Assembly: GCA_904063045.1 (NCBI GenBank)
Contig: CAJFCJ010000021.1
Coordinates: 186,001-250,000, forward strand
From: Dimorphilus gyrociliatus
Lineage: Eukaryota; Animalia; Annelida
Length of the DNA: 64,000 bases
Direction of reading: 5' to 3'
In this document: positions 12,684 through 26,300 of the stretch, piece by piece
Layout of the letters: every line of letters begins with the position of its first letter
How positions within the stretch are numbered: the stretch's first letter is position 1
Notes under the pieces: model-generated
Databases searched by the model: none
What the model was told of the DNA's origin: nothing
Seen by the model: only the letters and a program-made list of their open reading frames with translations
Position numbers and translations under genes: made by a program

Positions 12684-15600
12684 ATGTCGTACGAAACAAG
12701 TTTAAGAACGAAGGAGGTTTGTATTTTATATACATTATACTCATATATATATATATATATACATGTAAATAGAATACTATTCTTTATATAAACTACCAAA
12801 AAAAAATACTACTAATTGATATGAAAAATTTATTGAAACATGTATACACGTCTCATGTAACTAGTATTTGTAAGTTGTATTATTCAATAGTATCCCTTAT
12901 TATAAAAGTGTCCATAATTATCTGATAAATAAGCTTATGGTATCGATCTGTTGTTAAAGGAATATTTAGCTAAATCGCCTTTAAATCCCAATCTAAACTC
13001 TCAAAACATACTTGGTGATGATATTTCAAAATTCAACAATGCTCTTTACGTACCTAATTTTGAAGAGGCGCCATCTATCTCTTCATTATCAATTAAATTA
13101 AACTAATATTTTGCATTACGTATAGGGAAAACGATATTGTTTGTCTTACCTAAAAAGGATTAAACTAATTAAGCTTAAAATAACGCAGGAATTCGATAAC
13201 GAAATTAAGAAGAAACATGAAGAAGAGGCGGTAAAAAGCAGAGGGAGGAAAAAGGCCTGCCCTAGAAAAGTTGTACAAACAGTACCGTCTGAAGGATATA
13301 CCTATGACGATTTAAGCGGTTTAACTAAGGAACAAGTCGAACTTATCGAATTATCACACGACGACGATGAAAAGGGACGAAAGGAATGTAGCGACTGTGG
13401 CGCCATCTTTTCTACTTCCAAGGCATTCTTATATCATTGCCACCGAGCTGCCCATTGTGCGAAATTACCGTTTATATGCAGAGAATGCGACCTAGCATTT
13501 GGCAATAGGAACGTTTTATATGAGCACGCAAGAATACAGCATTCTGAAGGAGTTAAGAAATTGCCATGTCCATTACCAGCTTGTGAGATTTTTAGTGGTA
13601 GCGTGGAACAGGTTAATAGGCATCTAAACGAAGATCATCGTACTCAAATTATAGTAAAAGAAGAAGATTATAACATCTTAGCAAATTTACAAAGTGCCAG
13701 TTTTAAATATACGTGCGAAAATTGCTCGGAATCGTTTCGGTAAGGTCTCTTCAAGTACCTATGTCGCATATTTTTCATTTTTTTCTATCTATCTACATAT
13801 CAATCTATCTATCTCTATCTATCTAAGTATCTAGCTATTTAACAATCTATTCGTTTCATTCTTTTCTTCTTCTGAGATATGTTGAAAGTATCTATAGCAT
13901 ACATAGTAAAATGTATTTATAAACGAAACAATAACAGCGTTTAATCAGTTAAAAATAAGTCGCACCTAAAAAACAAAATACACACAAAGACATTTAGGCC
14001 TAGGAGTATATTGTGTTTTTCTCTTTTTTTTTGAAATTAACGACATAGTATTGTACCACTTACTATGTACGAAAAAGAGATTTTAATAACAGCTTTAAGC
14101 TATTTGAATAATTGAATATTCATATAGAAAGATAATATAGAAAGAAGAAATAATTGAATAATTCCTACTAAATTTTATTAATAAAAGAACATAATTTAAT
14201 TGTGTTTACATGTAATTTTTTATTTTTTTTTTTGCTACTGGACAGAACTCAACTGTCATTCAACTTTCACAAGTATAAAAACTGCAAAACAATAGATGAA
14301 TCGAATCAACCTCATAAATCGTTCCAATGCAAAAGATGTGGATCGAAATTTAATTATAAAAGTCTACTAGTCCTACACCTGCGCAATAAACACAACATCC
14401 TAGCGACCGAATCGACCCTGGACGCCCTAAACGTGCCATCAAAAGCCCAACAATGCATCGATCAATTAGTCAACGTTGTACTTTCGTCGTCTAATCAAAA
14501 AGGTCCAGAGCTGCATAGTGCATTCCCTAGAAATAATATTACACAAATGGATTTTCCAGTGGCAAAAAAGTCGAAAAAGGATGAAAATTTTATGAATAGT
14601 ATAGATAATAATGACGATGCCAGAAAATATGTATGCGCCAAATGCGATGGAAAATTTAATACTATTGAAGAGTTTAAAGTTCACGCGCAAGCCCACACTC
14701 TATCACTAATGTACGAATGTCCTTTAAATAGCTGTGACAAGTATTTATCAAGGGTTAACAACGTGAATAGTCACCTGGTTACGATACACAACGAATTTAG
14801 TTTACAAGTAACCGGAATGGATTATCGATCCGGAAAATATCATATGATTAATCCCTTTAAAGGAGATTTGATGCTTAAGAAGAATCGAAACGAAAACAAC
14901 TCAGAACCAATTAAGCCAAAAAAGAAGCCAGAAGATCCTCAAGAAGGGGAAAAGGTTGGCCAATCTTACTTAATTAAACAGTCGCGCATGCGTATTGGAA
15001 AGGATCGTATTAATCAGAAGTACGAATGCAAAGTTTGTACTTTCAAGTCGTCAAGTGAAAGAATGGTCCTATTACACTTCAGACAGCGTCACAAGAAAAA
15101 TAAAAGGGTTTTCCGTTGCAACTTTTGTTCTAGTCAATTTAACCTCAAATTAACTTTGGAGCGTCATATTGCAACTATTCATTACGATGGTAGCGATATA
15201 AACGCAAATAACGTTAAGGCATCAGAAGGTAGGAGAGATGACAATTTAGCTTATAAGGAAGCCCTTAAGAATAACACAGCACTATGGAGTCTTTTATTCC
15301 AAAATCCGGTACTCACTTTGTCTCAACCAACTTTAGATCCTCTTGTCTTCCAGGATCTCGTATCACAGCAGCTAATGTCTATGTCGTTATTGAATGTACC
15401 GGGAACCCCACCAATTAAAACGAATGAAATCTCTGAAAAGAATCATTCATCGTCTTCCTCAAGCTGCTCTTCCGACTGTGCCGAATTTAAATGTGAAGAT
15501 TGTGGAGCAAACTTTAAACACAAGCCTCATTTACAATACCATCAACGAAAACAAGGACACGGTGGCTTAGAAGGCTTCAAATGCGAGGACTGTGGTATGA

Positions 15601-16212
15601 TATTTGGGGTCAAGGCTCATCTAATAAATCATAGAAGGAAGCATACTGGCGAAAAGCCGTACAGTTGCCCCATTTGTCAGGTGACTTTTAGCAGGGTTGA
15701 TATAGTTAACATTCATCTAAGGAATGTTCATAACTCGGACATTAAGCTATCTACAAAAGATACGTCGCCTCCTAGTGGAACTGTAGCTCCCATTTCGAAA
15801 AATATTACACCGGACAGCGCTGTTCAACCGGAAACTCCCAAAAAGAATCCAATAACACTCACGCAAACTAATGGTCACCCTATCGAAAATCGCTATAAAT
15901 GCTTTGAATGCGGTAAAGTCTTTGAGAGAAGTTATCAGCTCAGTCGCCATAGGTAGGCAAGTTTTATAAACTATATCCTAACAGGTGGCGCTCGATGGAA
16001 ATATCACTCTGATCTCTCGCTTTTTGCATGTTCTTTTAAATATACTTATTATTACAATTGTAATTTATCCACACAGAACTAAAGAAGGTCACGACGGTCG
16101 AGCTCGTCTTAGTTGTCCAATAGATTCGTGTGGGAAGTCATTTGGTCTGAAAAGTGAGTTACAGCGCCATCTCCTGGCACATCGCAACCGTTTGCATTTA
16201 TCTCGCCCATGA
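12684..16212 (+). CDS. Multi-C2H2 zinc-finger protein (~14 fingers in dispersed clusters)
   Basis: Confident exons ~13126-13739, 14246-15952, 16077-16212 (phase-consistent; two introns split fingers). Repeated CxxC/Cx4C...HxxxH units, one TGEKPY linker. 5' exons 12684-12716 and 12960-13049 are tentative. Confidence 0.88.
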
Positions 16213-17184
16213 TCTTAAAATTGAAGAAACTAGTAATGTAAAAAGAAATTTTTAATAAAATACAATGAAGGTCTACTACAAAAGAAGATAATACTAGAAG
16301 CAAGCAAAAGTATAGAAATCAAATAAGAATATCAAGAAAATTTTATGAACAAGATGCTTTTTAATGTGTAAGTGCAATATATTTAGAAACAAAAAATGGG
16401 CTACACGCGTGATCACTGGTTTTATATATACAGTATATATATATTAAATATATATCTATACATATATCGATCACTTTTAGGTTTCAATGATAACTTGTAT
16501 AATAGTAAAATGAAAAGAAACGGCTTTTTTTCCTTCTGTGCAAGTAAACTTTTTAATAGTGAAAAAGATGCTAAAGGTTGAACAAGTGAAAAGCATATAT
16601 TGTAAAAAGGGAAAAGTTTAATAATAATAATAATAAATTATTAAACTAGAAGAATAAATAAAGAAATTATGCTTATATTGATAAATAAGTCATATTTCGT
16701 ATATAAAAAGAAACATTAATTCACAAACTTTTAGAGTTTAGTTTTCTAGAAATTTTTTGACCGAAAAAAAGGAAATTTGCTTTAATTTAAAGAAAACTAA
16801 CCTAAAACAACGAAAAGATGATTTTTAAGCAAATTGTTTTTAATAATTTGTTAAACAATACTTCCTTTTTAGTTGAGTCTCTGCTAATAAATACACAGAT
16901 TATGTATATATGTATTAGAACTTGTTCAACTTTTGTTTGTATTCTATTTTTTCCTTGTTTTTTTTTTCTTTGTCTTTTTAAAGTTAATATTTTTCCATAT
17001 GCTTTGTAAAATCAACTACAACAACAACAGCAACCACAACAAAAATCAATTATTACTCAGCCATTCCTTTATTTGACTGTGATTTATTTCCTTTTCTAAA
17101 AGTATTATTAAGAAAAAAGACGGAAAAATTTTAATTAATTATGTTATTTTAAAGAGAAAACATAAGAAAGGGTTTATTATTGAT

Positions 17185-17215
<31 letters not shown>

Positions 17216-18125
17216 ATACATTCCGTTTGTTAAATTGTTTTTTTTCTTAATTTTCTACTTGAATTGACTAACTTTTTTTAGGTGTATCGTAATTGTTTAC
17301 CTTTTCTAAGTTAAATTGAACTCTTTTTTAAGTTCAATCTTATCTGTTGGATCATGCAAACAAGAAAGATACTTTGTTTATTTTTCTGCCTGCTTTTTGT
17401 TTTTCTTTTTTCATTCTAATTGTTTGTTCTTTGTATTTAAAAAAAAAAGAAAAAGAAACAATGAAAACTGCTAATTTCCCAGCATTCTTACATGTCTTCG
17501 TACTTCCGTAAAAAAAACTTCCACGAATGTTTTGTTCTTCCATTTACTGCTGATTGTCAGTATATCTTCCGATATAAAGTTTTAAGTAGAATGTCTTCAA
17601 AACGAAAAACCAATGATAGTTATGTTTTATTTTTGGGAACTCTTAAAAAACAGAAAGAGACAATTGAAGAGGCTGACGAAGCTGCCCATATTTGGTCACA
17701 AAAAAGTTATCTTTTGCAATGTTCGTTGTAATAGAGAGTGAATTATGATTAGGAGTTAGATTGTGAATAAAAAGAACATTGATGAAAAAACTATATTCTT
17801 CTTCTAATTTATATATTGATATAAAGATTTTATTATAAATTGATGAAACTGTAAAAGCTTCCCGCACGCTTTAAGAAAAAAGACGTCCACACAAACAAAA
17901 TTTTTCTTTGTTGATCAAGCAGATGGCGGTAGCGCAAAAAGTGTTTGTATTATTTACAAAATAATTCACGCTTCAAGACAAACAAACAACAAACGGACGA
18001 AAGAAAAAGAAAAGGAAAATAATAGGCTTTTGCCTGGTCATACACTTGAATTGGTTTTTTTTTAGATAAAGTTTATAATAAAAGATGGTGAGGAAAAAGT
18101 AATAGGTAAACTACTGGAGATCAGT

Positions 18126-18849
18126 CTATCTACATTGATGCACTTCGATGAGCTTAGTACATTTGCTACATTTGATGTAACAACACCAGTAATATTTGCA
18201 ATCGCATCGTTCGACAACTTTTATGCTTTCTGTCGTATAACCTCTTCCACAGCACAATGATTCACAGGAACCATCGCCAACTTCTTCGCAAGTTCTGTTT
18301 AAACGAAAAGAAATAGTTAACGAAACAAAGTAACAAATCTCTTATATAAAAAGATCTTTTATCAAAGAGTTTAAATAAGAAACATGCATAAGATTTTGAG
18401 AAGAAAAATTCCATCCTCGTCTTATTTTATCTCTTTGCGACTCGCACCGACATTTTTAGTTAAGGAAAGAAAAAAAGAGATTTCTTTTTTTATTTAAAAT
18501 TGATGTATACTTGGCAGTTTTCCAATAATTGGTGTATTACTTAGTAGAGGAAGGGAAATAGATAAAATAAATTTCATAATCCTATGTAACTTACCTTCCA
18601 GTCGTTCCCGGAGTTTCAAATCTTTCATCAGCTTTACAATAATCTGGCGATATTGTATAAAAGACAAGTTGGTCTGGTTTAACATTTTTATTGATTGGGG
18701 CTTTCTTGAATGGGTTTGTCACTTTAATCAAAACTCTCTTTTCCTTCTTTTTATTGAATTTTGCCCGAACCTGGATGCTTTCGCCGTACAAGACCTTTAA
18801 ATAAATGTTTGTCGATTAATACCAAACAAAACGCCTATATGTATAAACA

Positions 18850-18890
<41 letters not shown>

Positions 18891-21800
18891 TTTATTTTCA
18901 ATGAATTGTTTACTTGAATATGCTTGCCGATTTTTTCAAGCGATGGCACTATCCGCCAACAACTTTTGGCAGTACAGCTCCCGCTGGTACCGTGGCACCT
19001 ACACTTTTCTTGTACTAATTTATTTGCTACCTGTGAAAAAAAAAACAGGAAACTTTTATAAAAATTTTGAAGGAATTAGCAAAAAAATTGATAAGATGAA
19101 AAGTAAAAAGGTAAGTTAGGGGGAAAAGAAACTTTTTTCGGCTTAGGGATCGTATATTTTCTGAGTTAGGGCAACGGAGCGGAACTTTCCAAAAGGATGT
19201 TTGTAATCTCATCTTTCATTTACTTGGCATCGCTGATAGTGAAAGCCACACATGGCCACGTAGAATGGCGCTTAATCGTGATCGGGCGCATTCGTCTTGA
19301 ATGCTCTAATTCCTTTACAACAGACCGCGCCCGCTGTTTTTCTTTCCTCTCTTTTTCCTGTTTAACTTTACCATTCCCATCCCTTCTTCACCTACCTTTT
19401 TTCCTTCTTTATAAAGCTAAGATAAACAAGAATGTAGGGAACAGATAGAGAATCTTGACTACTCTACCCATTTCCTGCTCTCGATGATATCTATCGCTAA
19501 TATCTGGTTAGACAAGCTGAGCCGCATCGCATAACTTATCATTAGAATCACATTACGTACTACCTTTGCTTAATTAGATCATTCAACTTCTAACATATTC
19601 TTATCATCTTTATATTACGTAACGTACTTTCTTGTTACGCATTCAATAAATTTCCCTACTCTTTTTAGCGGGAAAAAGTTACGAACAGGAAGTTGTTCAA
19701 AAAGCCTTGAGGGGTACATCGGACGTGTTTAAAAGAAAATGGGCGATTACAAGAGCGGGGCGTCTTTCGCTATTCGATGTAAACAATTGTAATTGCTCGA
19801 ATAGGTTTAATAGTAAAATAAATAAAAGTAAAGAAATTGTACTCCCACCAATTTAACTCCTCCCCTACCACTTTTAACAAAGAAAAGAGTGAAGCTTCAA
19901 AGGATTCAAAACATCCAATTTAATATAAATTAATCAACAGCTTATGCATACGTAAATAATAACGAAAATCACCCTCCCAAAAAGCGAACTAAACGAAAGA
20001 AACACCTATAAAAAACAACCTTACAACTTCCGGTTAATCGAATCGAATTGCGTAGGCAACTACAAACAATATAATAGTGTATATACGCTGTATATATACA
20101 TAAATAAAGTACTAAATGCCTGTTGAGTAACTTATCAACTATTTATAATGATTTAGTAATCTTGTACTATTCTATTTACAACATTAAACAAGTGCATTCT
20201 ATTTAGATTACTCTGATATTGAAAACAAAAAACAAAATTGGCTACTTTTTTTTTATTAAAAAAAAAATTACTTTAAAAAACTTTTTTATTGATCCAAAAA
20301 GAAAAGCAATATTTCTAATTTTGTTAATATTTATATTAATCCTTTTAAGGATTCAGGGCTTTAAAAAATTTACGTATGCAAATGATTTATAAGCATTATA
20401 AAGCAATTATCTCCTATATGACCCTCTTAAACTTATTTTTAAATTTCGTAATGGGTTAAACTTACCTAAATATAGGCCTAATGTGCTTGCATTTGTTCGC
20501 TTTATCAACCCGATCTGGCCAAGTTCTTATTTTCTAATCAGCTAGAAATCTTTCGCAGACGGAACCTTCCCAATATTTTTTTGCTTTATTACATTCTTTT
20601 CTCACCGTTAGTTAGGTTTAAATTTTCCACTTTTCCTATTGTTAATCTATTAAATTAGACTAAGGATTTACTTTCCATTCAATTAAATTATCTTACGGGT
20701 CAGTTGGGGCAAAATTGACAAGTAAATAAATAAATAAATGTATAGATAACCAAAACAAAATGGAAAGCTTAAAGTGATATTAACTCACCTGACGTCCAAC
20801 TCTGTTGTTATGTAGATTAGTGAGACTTCTTTTATTTAATCTTAAATTCTTAGTAGGCCTTCTGGTAGTTTTTCGTAGACGTTTGTCCCAAGGAACGTCG
20901 GCGAAGTTTCTTGCAAACTTTGTAGCGAAGCGAAGATTATGACCACATCCTATGAAAGCGTGACGATTTTCCGTCGACATAGCATCGCGAGCTCGCTTAT
21001 CAGGTTCTAACTCCTTTCTTTTTCTTATCTGATTTGTTTAAGCAAAATAAACTGTTCAATAAGGGCTTAATAAAGGAACTATTCATAAAGATAAATAATT
21101 AGAGAAAGTAAGGAATTAACTGAAGAATGCTTTGGAAAAAGAAAAAAAAAACGCTCTTTACTCGAGTTAAACACTTCTTCTTTGTCACAATTCAATTCTC
21201 ACTCCATTTTTTACATTTTTTTCAAGTCAAAACGATAAATAGCTAAATAATTACAAAGGTTGATGGATTTAAAGCTTGTGCGATGTTTCCAACTATACCT
21301 ACCCGGGAGGTGTTACGCGTCATATTCAACTTTAATGGTAGGGTGCTTTTATCTAAACGGCCCCGGGCTCCTAAAATAAAAGAAAACAACCACCCTCCCC
21401 ACCGCCATAAAACCCGCTATATCGACCTAAATTTCGACGCCTATCTGATAAGGTATAGAAAGAAAAACAGTTTAAACGTTTACCGGCGTTCCACAAGAAC
21501 AGCTTGAAATTGACCCAGAAGCGCATGCTTGGGCGATTATTTGAATAAGGCTGGCCGTCGAAAATGCGTGAACGAAAGCCTGTTCTTTACTCCCTAGAAA
21601 AGAGTATAATATTTCAAAATTTATTAAGTTATTAAATGGATTAACTTAAAAAATATTATAAACTATTACAAAGTGCTCTACGTACTATATATATTAATAA
21701 TATTTACTTACCAATTGTTAAATCTCTCGATAACTTTGGAAGTTTTTCAATTGATGAACAATTCCACCGATTCCTACCGAATAGTGTCTTACAAGACTTG

Positions 21801-22462
21801 ATAACTGTTTCGGAAGAATGCTTTAGAACTGGAATAATATCGGCATTCTCTGTACACATTCGGCTTTGATCTTTTGTAAAAATTGTCTCCCTCTTCAAAC
21901 GCCGGCAATCCGACCGTCTCAAAGGGCCATTTTGTCGGCCTACAGCCCTGAAAAGTGTTCAAAAAAGCGTTTTAAAATTACTTAATTAACTTATAGCCGG
22001 CCTTTGATTTATTACGAAATGAGGGTAAATTTTAGAAAGGATTCGTTTACTCATAAAGAATAAAGGGTTCCGCTGAGAGACTTTAACGACCGGTATGTTT
22101 TTTTTCACACTCGAAACCCTTATACAGCCATCTGAGCAATCATATCCCCCACTCGGGCCCTCTTCTACGTATAGAAAGCTAGTTACACAAAGAACATTCA
22201 CATGCCACATTTATCTTATCTTGATTTTTGTGGATTCTTTATAGGCTTTATAATAGAACAATTGAGAGACTATGTAGTTTAGAATAGAGTAAATGAATAA
22301 AGTAGGGTGAATACTATCTTTGTTTTATAAATACATATAAGAATCAAGATAGTAATCTATAATAATAGTAATAATAAAATTTATATAAATAACTTACAGC
22401 CATTTGATAGCAGATGACGTGACAAGAAGATGAAATAATAAACAAGCTGATAGAAGCTTCAT
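18126..22462 (-). CDS. Wnt11: Wnt11-like ligand, 7 exons, 378 aa
   Basis: Exons 22398-22462, 21712-21947, 21484-21593, 20789-21028, 18914-19030, 18595-18794, 18126-18294 join in frame. Signal peptide MKLLSACLLFHLLVTSSA-IKWL with the Wnt11-typical IKWL phase-2 intron, RWNCSSIE, EQAFVHA, NLHNNRVGRQ, KCRCHGTSGSC, CCGRG, YYWCCYIKC; 24 Cys. Subfamily call is from remembered motifs, not a tree. Confidence 0.9.
18853..18886. repeat. (TA)17 microsatellite in a Wnt11 intron
   Basis: Read directly. Confidence 0.95.
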
Positions 22463-22938
22463 ATTATCTTCTCTTATTATAGAAATATTAAAGAAAAAGC
22501 AATATTCTTGAATCTTTCTCCTTTTAATTTTACCCCTTTTAAATTGTCAAAGTTTTTAAGGAGGTATTCTTTCAATGTTTCCTTTTCTTTCGATATCCAA
22601 TTATCGAAAAGTCCAACTTTTTCTTTGAGATAAGAAAAAAATGAGGCAAAGAGAGATAAATTTTCTTTTTTCCTTTTTTTCTTTTAAATTTCTTTCTGAA
22701 CCCGGCTTAGTCAAGTCTTGTCCAAGATAATATCCATTCTAAACAAAATATATAGAGTGTAATAGAAAAAAGCCTGCTCCGTAAACGATCTTTAATCCTT
22801 TGAGAATACTGCAAACAATGCTAATGAGGCAACCGCTCTTGCTAGAGATCCGAAAATGAATACGTAGTCACATAGCCATTCGATATTTTCGTTGTAGGCG
22901 GAGCTTACCTTTAATTTATGGCTTTGTTTTTTTTCTAA

Positions 22939-22956
22939 CGCCATCTGCAGAGGGCG
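22939..22956. promoter_or_regulatory. Palindromic double CTCF-like core between the collagen 3' end and Wnt11
   Basis: CGCCATCTGCAGAGGGCG gives CAGAGGGCG on + and CAGATGGCG on -. Confidence 0.55.
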
Positions 22957-23389
22957 CTTTTTACAATTAAAAGAAAAGCGAGAACTCGTCAGTTCGCAAC
23001 TATTCTTTCTTATATTCTAATATGTAAACCGTCCTTTTTATTAAGCTTTTGTCAACGAATTCATAAATATGCCTATATGACTACTAAATTGTTTATTTCC
23101 CTAAAAAGTGAAGAAGGATGAGGAAGTTTAACTCTGGTCTACAACGAAATTGTTATTAAAACTTGGAACGAGAAAAACTGATTGGTTTATTTGAGAAAAA
23201 CTAAGATACAAAATAATGGAATACACGAATCCGATAATTAATATTGCTTAATCATATTATCTAATTACATCCTTTTACAAACAAAAAGCATATTCGCAAA
23301 TAAAACAACAATCACACTAAAAATCCGAATAGAAAAAATTATTCTTTGGAAATTATTCTGCTTTCACCCCTTCCTGCCTTGCTTTCCGA

Positions 23390-26300
23390 TTAACCAAGTA
23401 ATGGATTACGGAATACGCTCTCTTGAATACAATAATAGCTTCCGTATGTGTTCAAGCATCTTGAGCCAGCTGGGCAAGCCTGATTATTCAGGCATTCGTT
23501 TACATCTATTCAATAAAAAAAGAAGGGGTTACATTAAATAATCTTTGAGATGTGGAGCAAACGGCGCCATCTACTGTTTTTATATAGCTTACCTCGGCAA
23601 GTTCTTCTATCACTTTGCAATTGGAAGCCTGGGTAACATGAACAGCTATATGGGTTATTCGCCGTATTGTCATTATTACATATATGTTGACATCTATGCC
23701 CTCGGTAATCCGTTAAGAGGCATTCATTAATTGCTGTTTTATAACAAAGAAAAATTTAAGAATAATATAAATTATTATTGCCAAGAAATATGTAATATCT
23801 GTATTTACCAACGCATTCCCTATGTCTTCTGGAAGGTCCCCAGAAATATAATCCCAAATTTCTATATTCATAGTAACATAGGGTTATTTGTCTTGGGCCA
23901 TAGAAATGAGGCTCTCTGATTCTAACAATTTGATTTTGAGGGCTGTTATCTCCGCAATCGAGGATTGTAGATGTACTAATTTCAAAGCCTTCGCGACAGC
24001 CGCAAGTGTATCCGAAATAACGATCTAGGCAATAGTGATCGCACGAATGATATGGATAATTATTTGGTCGGCTTGCTGATCCAAGACGTTGACACCAATA
24101 AATTGGTGAAAAAGCACCAACACCGCTGCCTCCAGGTGGACCGGGTGGACCCTGTCTTCCTGTTGGCCCTCTTGCGCCATTTATTCCGTTAATTCCATCA
24201 AGACCTCTTGGTCCTTGTGGACCAGTTGCTCCTTGTAAACCGAAACCAGGAGGTCCTCTTTCACCTGTAAATCCCATAGGCCCTGGGATTCCAGTATCAC
24301 CTCTGCCTGCACTTGTACCATCACGCCCTTTAGGTCCTGTAGGTCCTCTTAATCCGTCGAATCCTCTAGGACCTCGCTCACCAGTCCAACCAGGGGGGCC
24401 ATTTGGACCAGGAAGGCCATTAAATCCATCCCTACCATTTGGACCAGGTGCACCAGTATCTCCTTTAGGACCTTGTATACCATTGAAACCATCTCTACCG
24501 GGAGGCCCAGGTCGACCTGTCCAACCCTGAGGTCCTTGGTCTCCGTTTCTTCCAGGTAAACCGTCACTTCCTCTTTGACCGAGTTGACCAGGTTCTCCTT
24601 TAACACCTTTTTGTCCAAAACCATCTCTTCCTGCTAGTCCAGTATCTCCTTGAAGGCCTCTGGGGCCAGTGAAACCCCTTGGGCCTGTAAATCCTGTAAA
24701 TCCTGTAGGACCGGTTGGTCCTTGACGACCGTCAAAACCTCTTGGACCGGTTTCACCTATCAAAAAATAAGACATCATAAATAAAATCAAGCAGTGATTT
24801 TGGAAAACAGAAACTTTGGATATGTTACCTCTTATACCCTGAGAACCATCTCTTCCTGGAGGACCCCTTAATCCAGATGATCCAGTGTTTCCTGGGGGCC
24901 CTTGTCTACCTTCTCGACCGGGAGCTCCGGTAAAACCTGTGAAGCCTGTTGGTCCTGTTGGACCTGGGTTTCCTCGAGGACCGTCAAAACCTCTTGGACC
25001 AGATTCTCCTGTAGCGCCTAAGGGGCCAGAAAATCCTTGAGGACCTCTTGGTCCAGTCGGACCTCGAACACCGGTGTCTCCTGTCCAACCAGGTGATCCT
25101 AATCTTCCGGGTTGTCCTAAAAATTAAATATGATTATAAAGTTGAGACCCTAAATAAATGCTAAAATCTGTTACCTGTATCTCCGGGAGGTCCAGTCCAT
25201 CCTCTGTCGCCGGTCCATCCAGGACCTCCTGGAGGCCCTCTAGGTCCAGGATTGCCATCGAATCCTCTTGGTCCAGTTTCACCTGTTGCACCAAAATCTC
25301 CCCTAGGTCCTCGAGGTCCCGAAAAACCGATGGGTCCTGGTGGTCCGACAGGACCTTCTCGCCCACGTGGACCAGTTGAACCAGTAAATCCGGTGGGACC
25401 AGATGGTCCTTGACGGCCTTGAATGCCTTGACGGCCTTCTGGACCAATTTCTCCCTTACGACCCTGTGGACCTTCTCTCCCTGTGTCTCCGGGTCTACCT
25501 TTTTGTCCAGTTGCTCCCAAATCTCCTGGCGGGCCACTTATACCATCAGATCCCCTACCTCCAGCTGGACCTGTCGGTCCTGGTGGTCCACGAGCGCCAG
25601 TGAATCCAGTGAAACCAGTTGGACCAGTGGGACCGGCATTACCAGATGCTCCTGTTCTACCATCTTGACCAGGTGGTCCGGGACGTCCAGTTAAACCTGT
25701 AGGACCGGTTGCACCTGTTGATCCTGTTAAACCAGTTGGACCAGTTGCTCCAGTGCTTCCTGTTTCACCTTGTATACCGGGATCACCTCTGTTTCCTTGA
25801 GGGCCTAGAGGTCCTCTTGGTCCAGTAAAGCCTTGCTCACCTTTTTGGCCATCAAATCCTCGAGGACCTCTACTTCCGGCCTCTCCTTTATTACCAATTG
25901 GACCTATTAAAGGGGTATGATGTAACCATATATATATAATCTATTTCTGCTTTAAAAACTCAAACCTATTCTCCCAGTGTCTCCCTGAGGTCCACGGGAA
26001 CCGATTCCGGAATCTCCTCTGTTGCCTTTTGGACCTATTGGGCCAGTAAAACCTCTTTCTCCCTTAAGCCCATCCCTTCCATTATTACCCGGCTGACCAG
26101 TGAAACCTCGTGAACCATCAAGTCCCCGATCACCACGTTCTCCTTTAAAGCCTGTACTACCCATCTCTCCTTTGGATCCTTTGGTACCAGGAAGTCCATC
26201 TCTGCCATTACTACCATTACTACCATCAAATCCTCGTTCACCTTTTTGTCCAATCTCACCCTTCCTGCCTTGTGGACCAATTCTACCGGTATCTCCTTGA

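Noticed and set aside
22790-22890. Hydrophobic minus-strand stretch as a possible transmembrane tail for the collagen
   Set aside because: No phase-compatible splice from the last EGF exon, and a poly(A) signal lies upstream near 23040.
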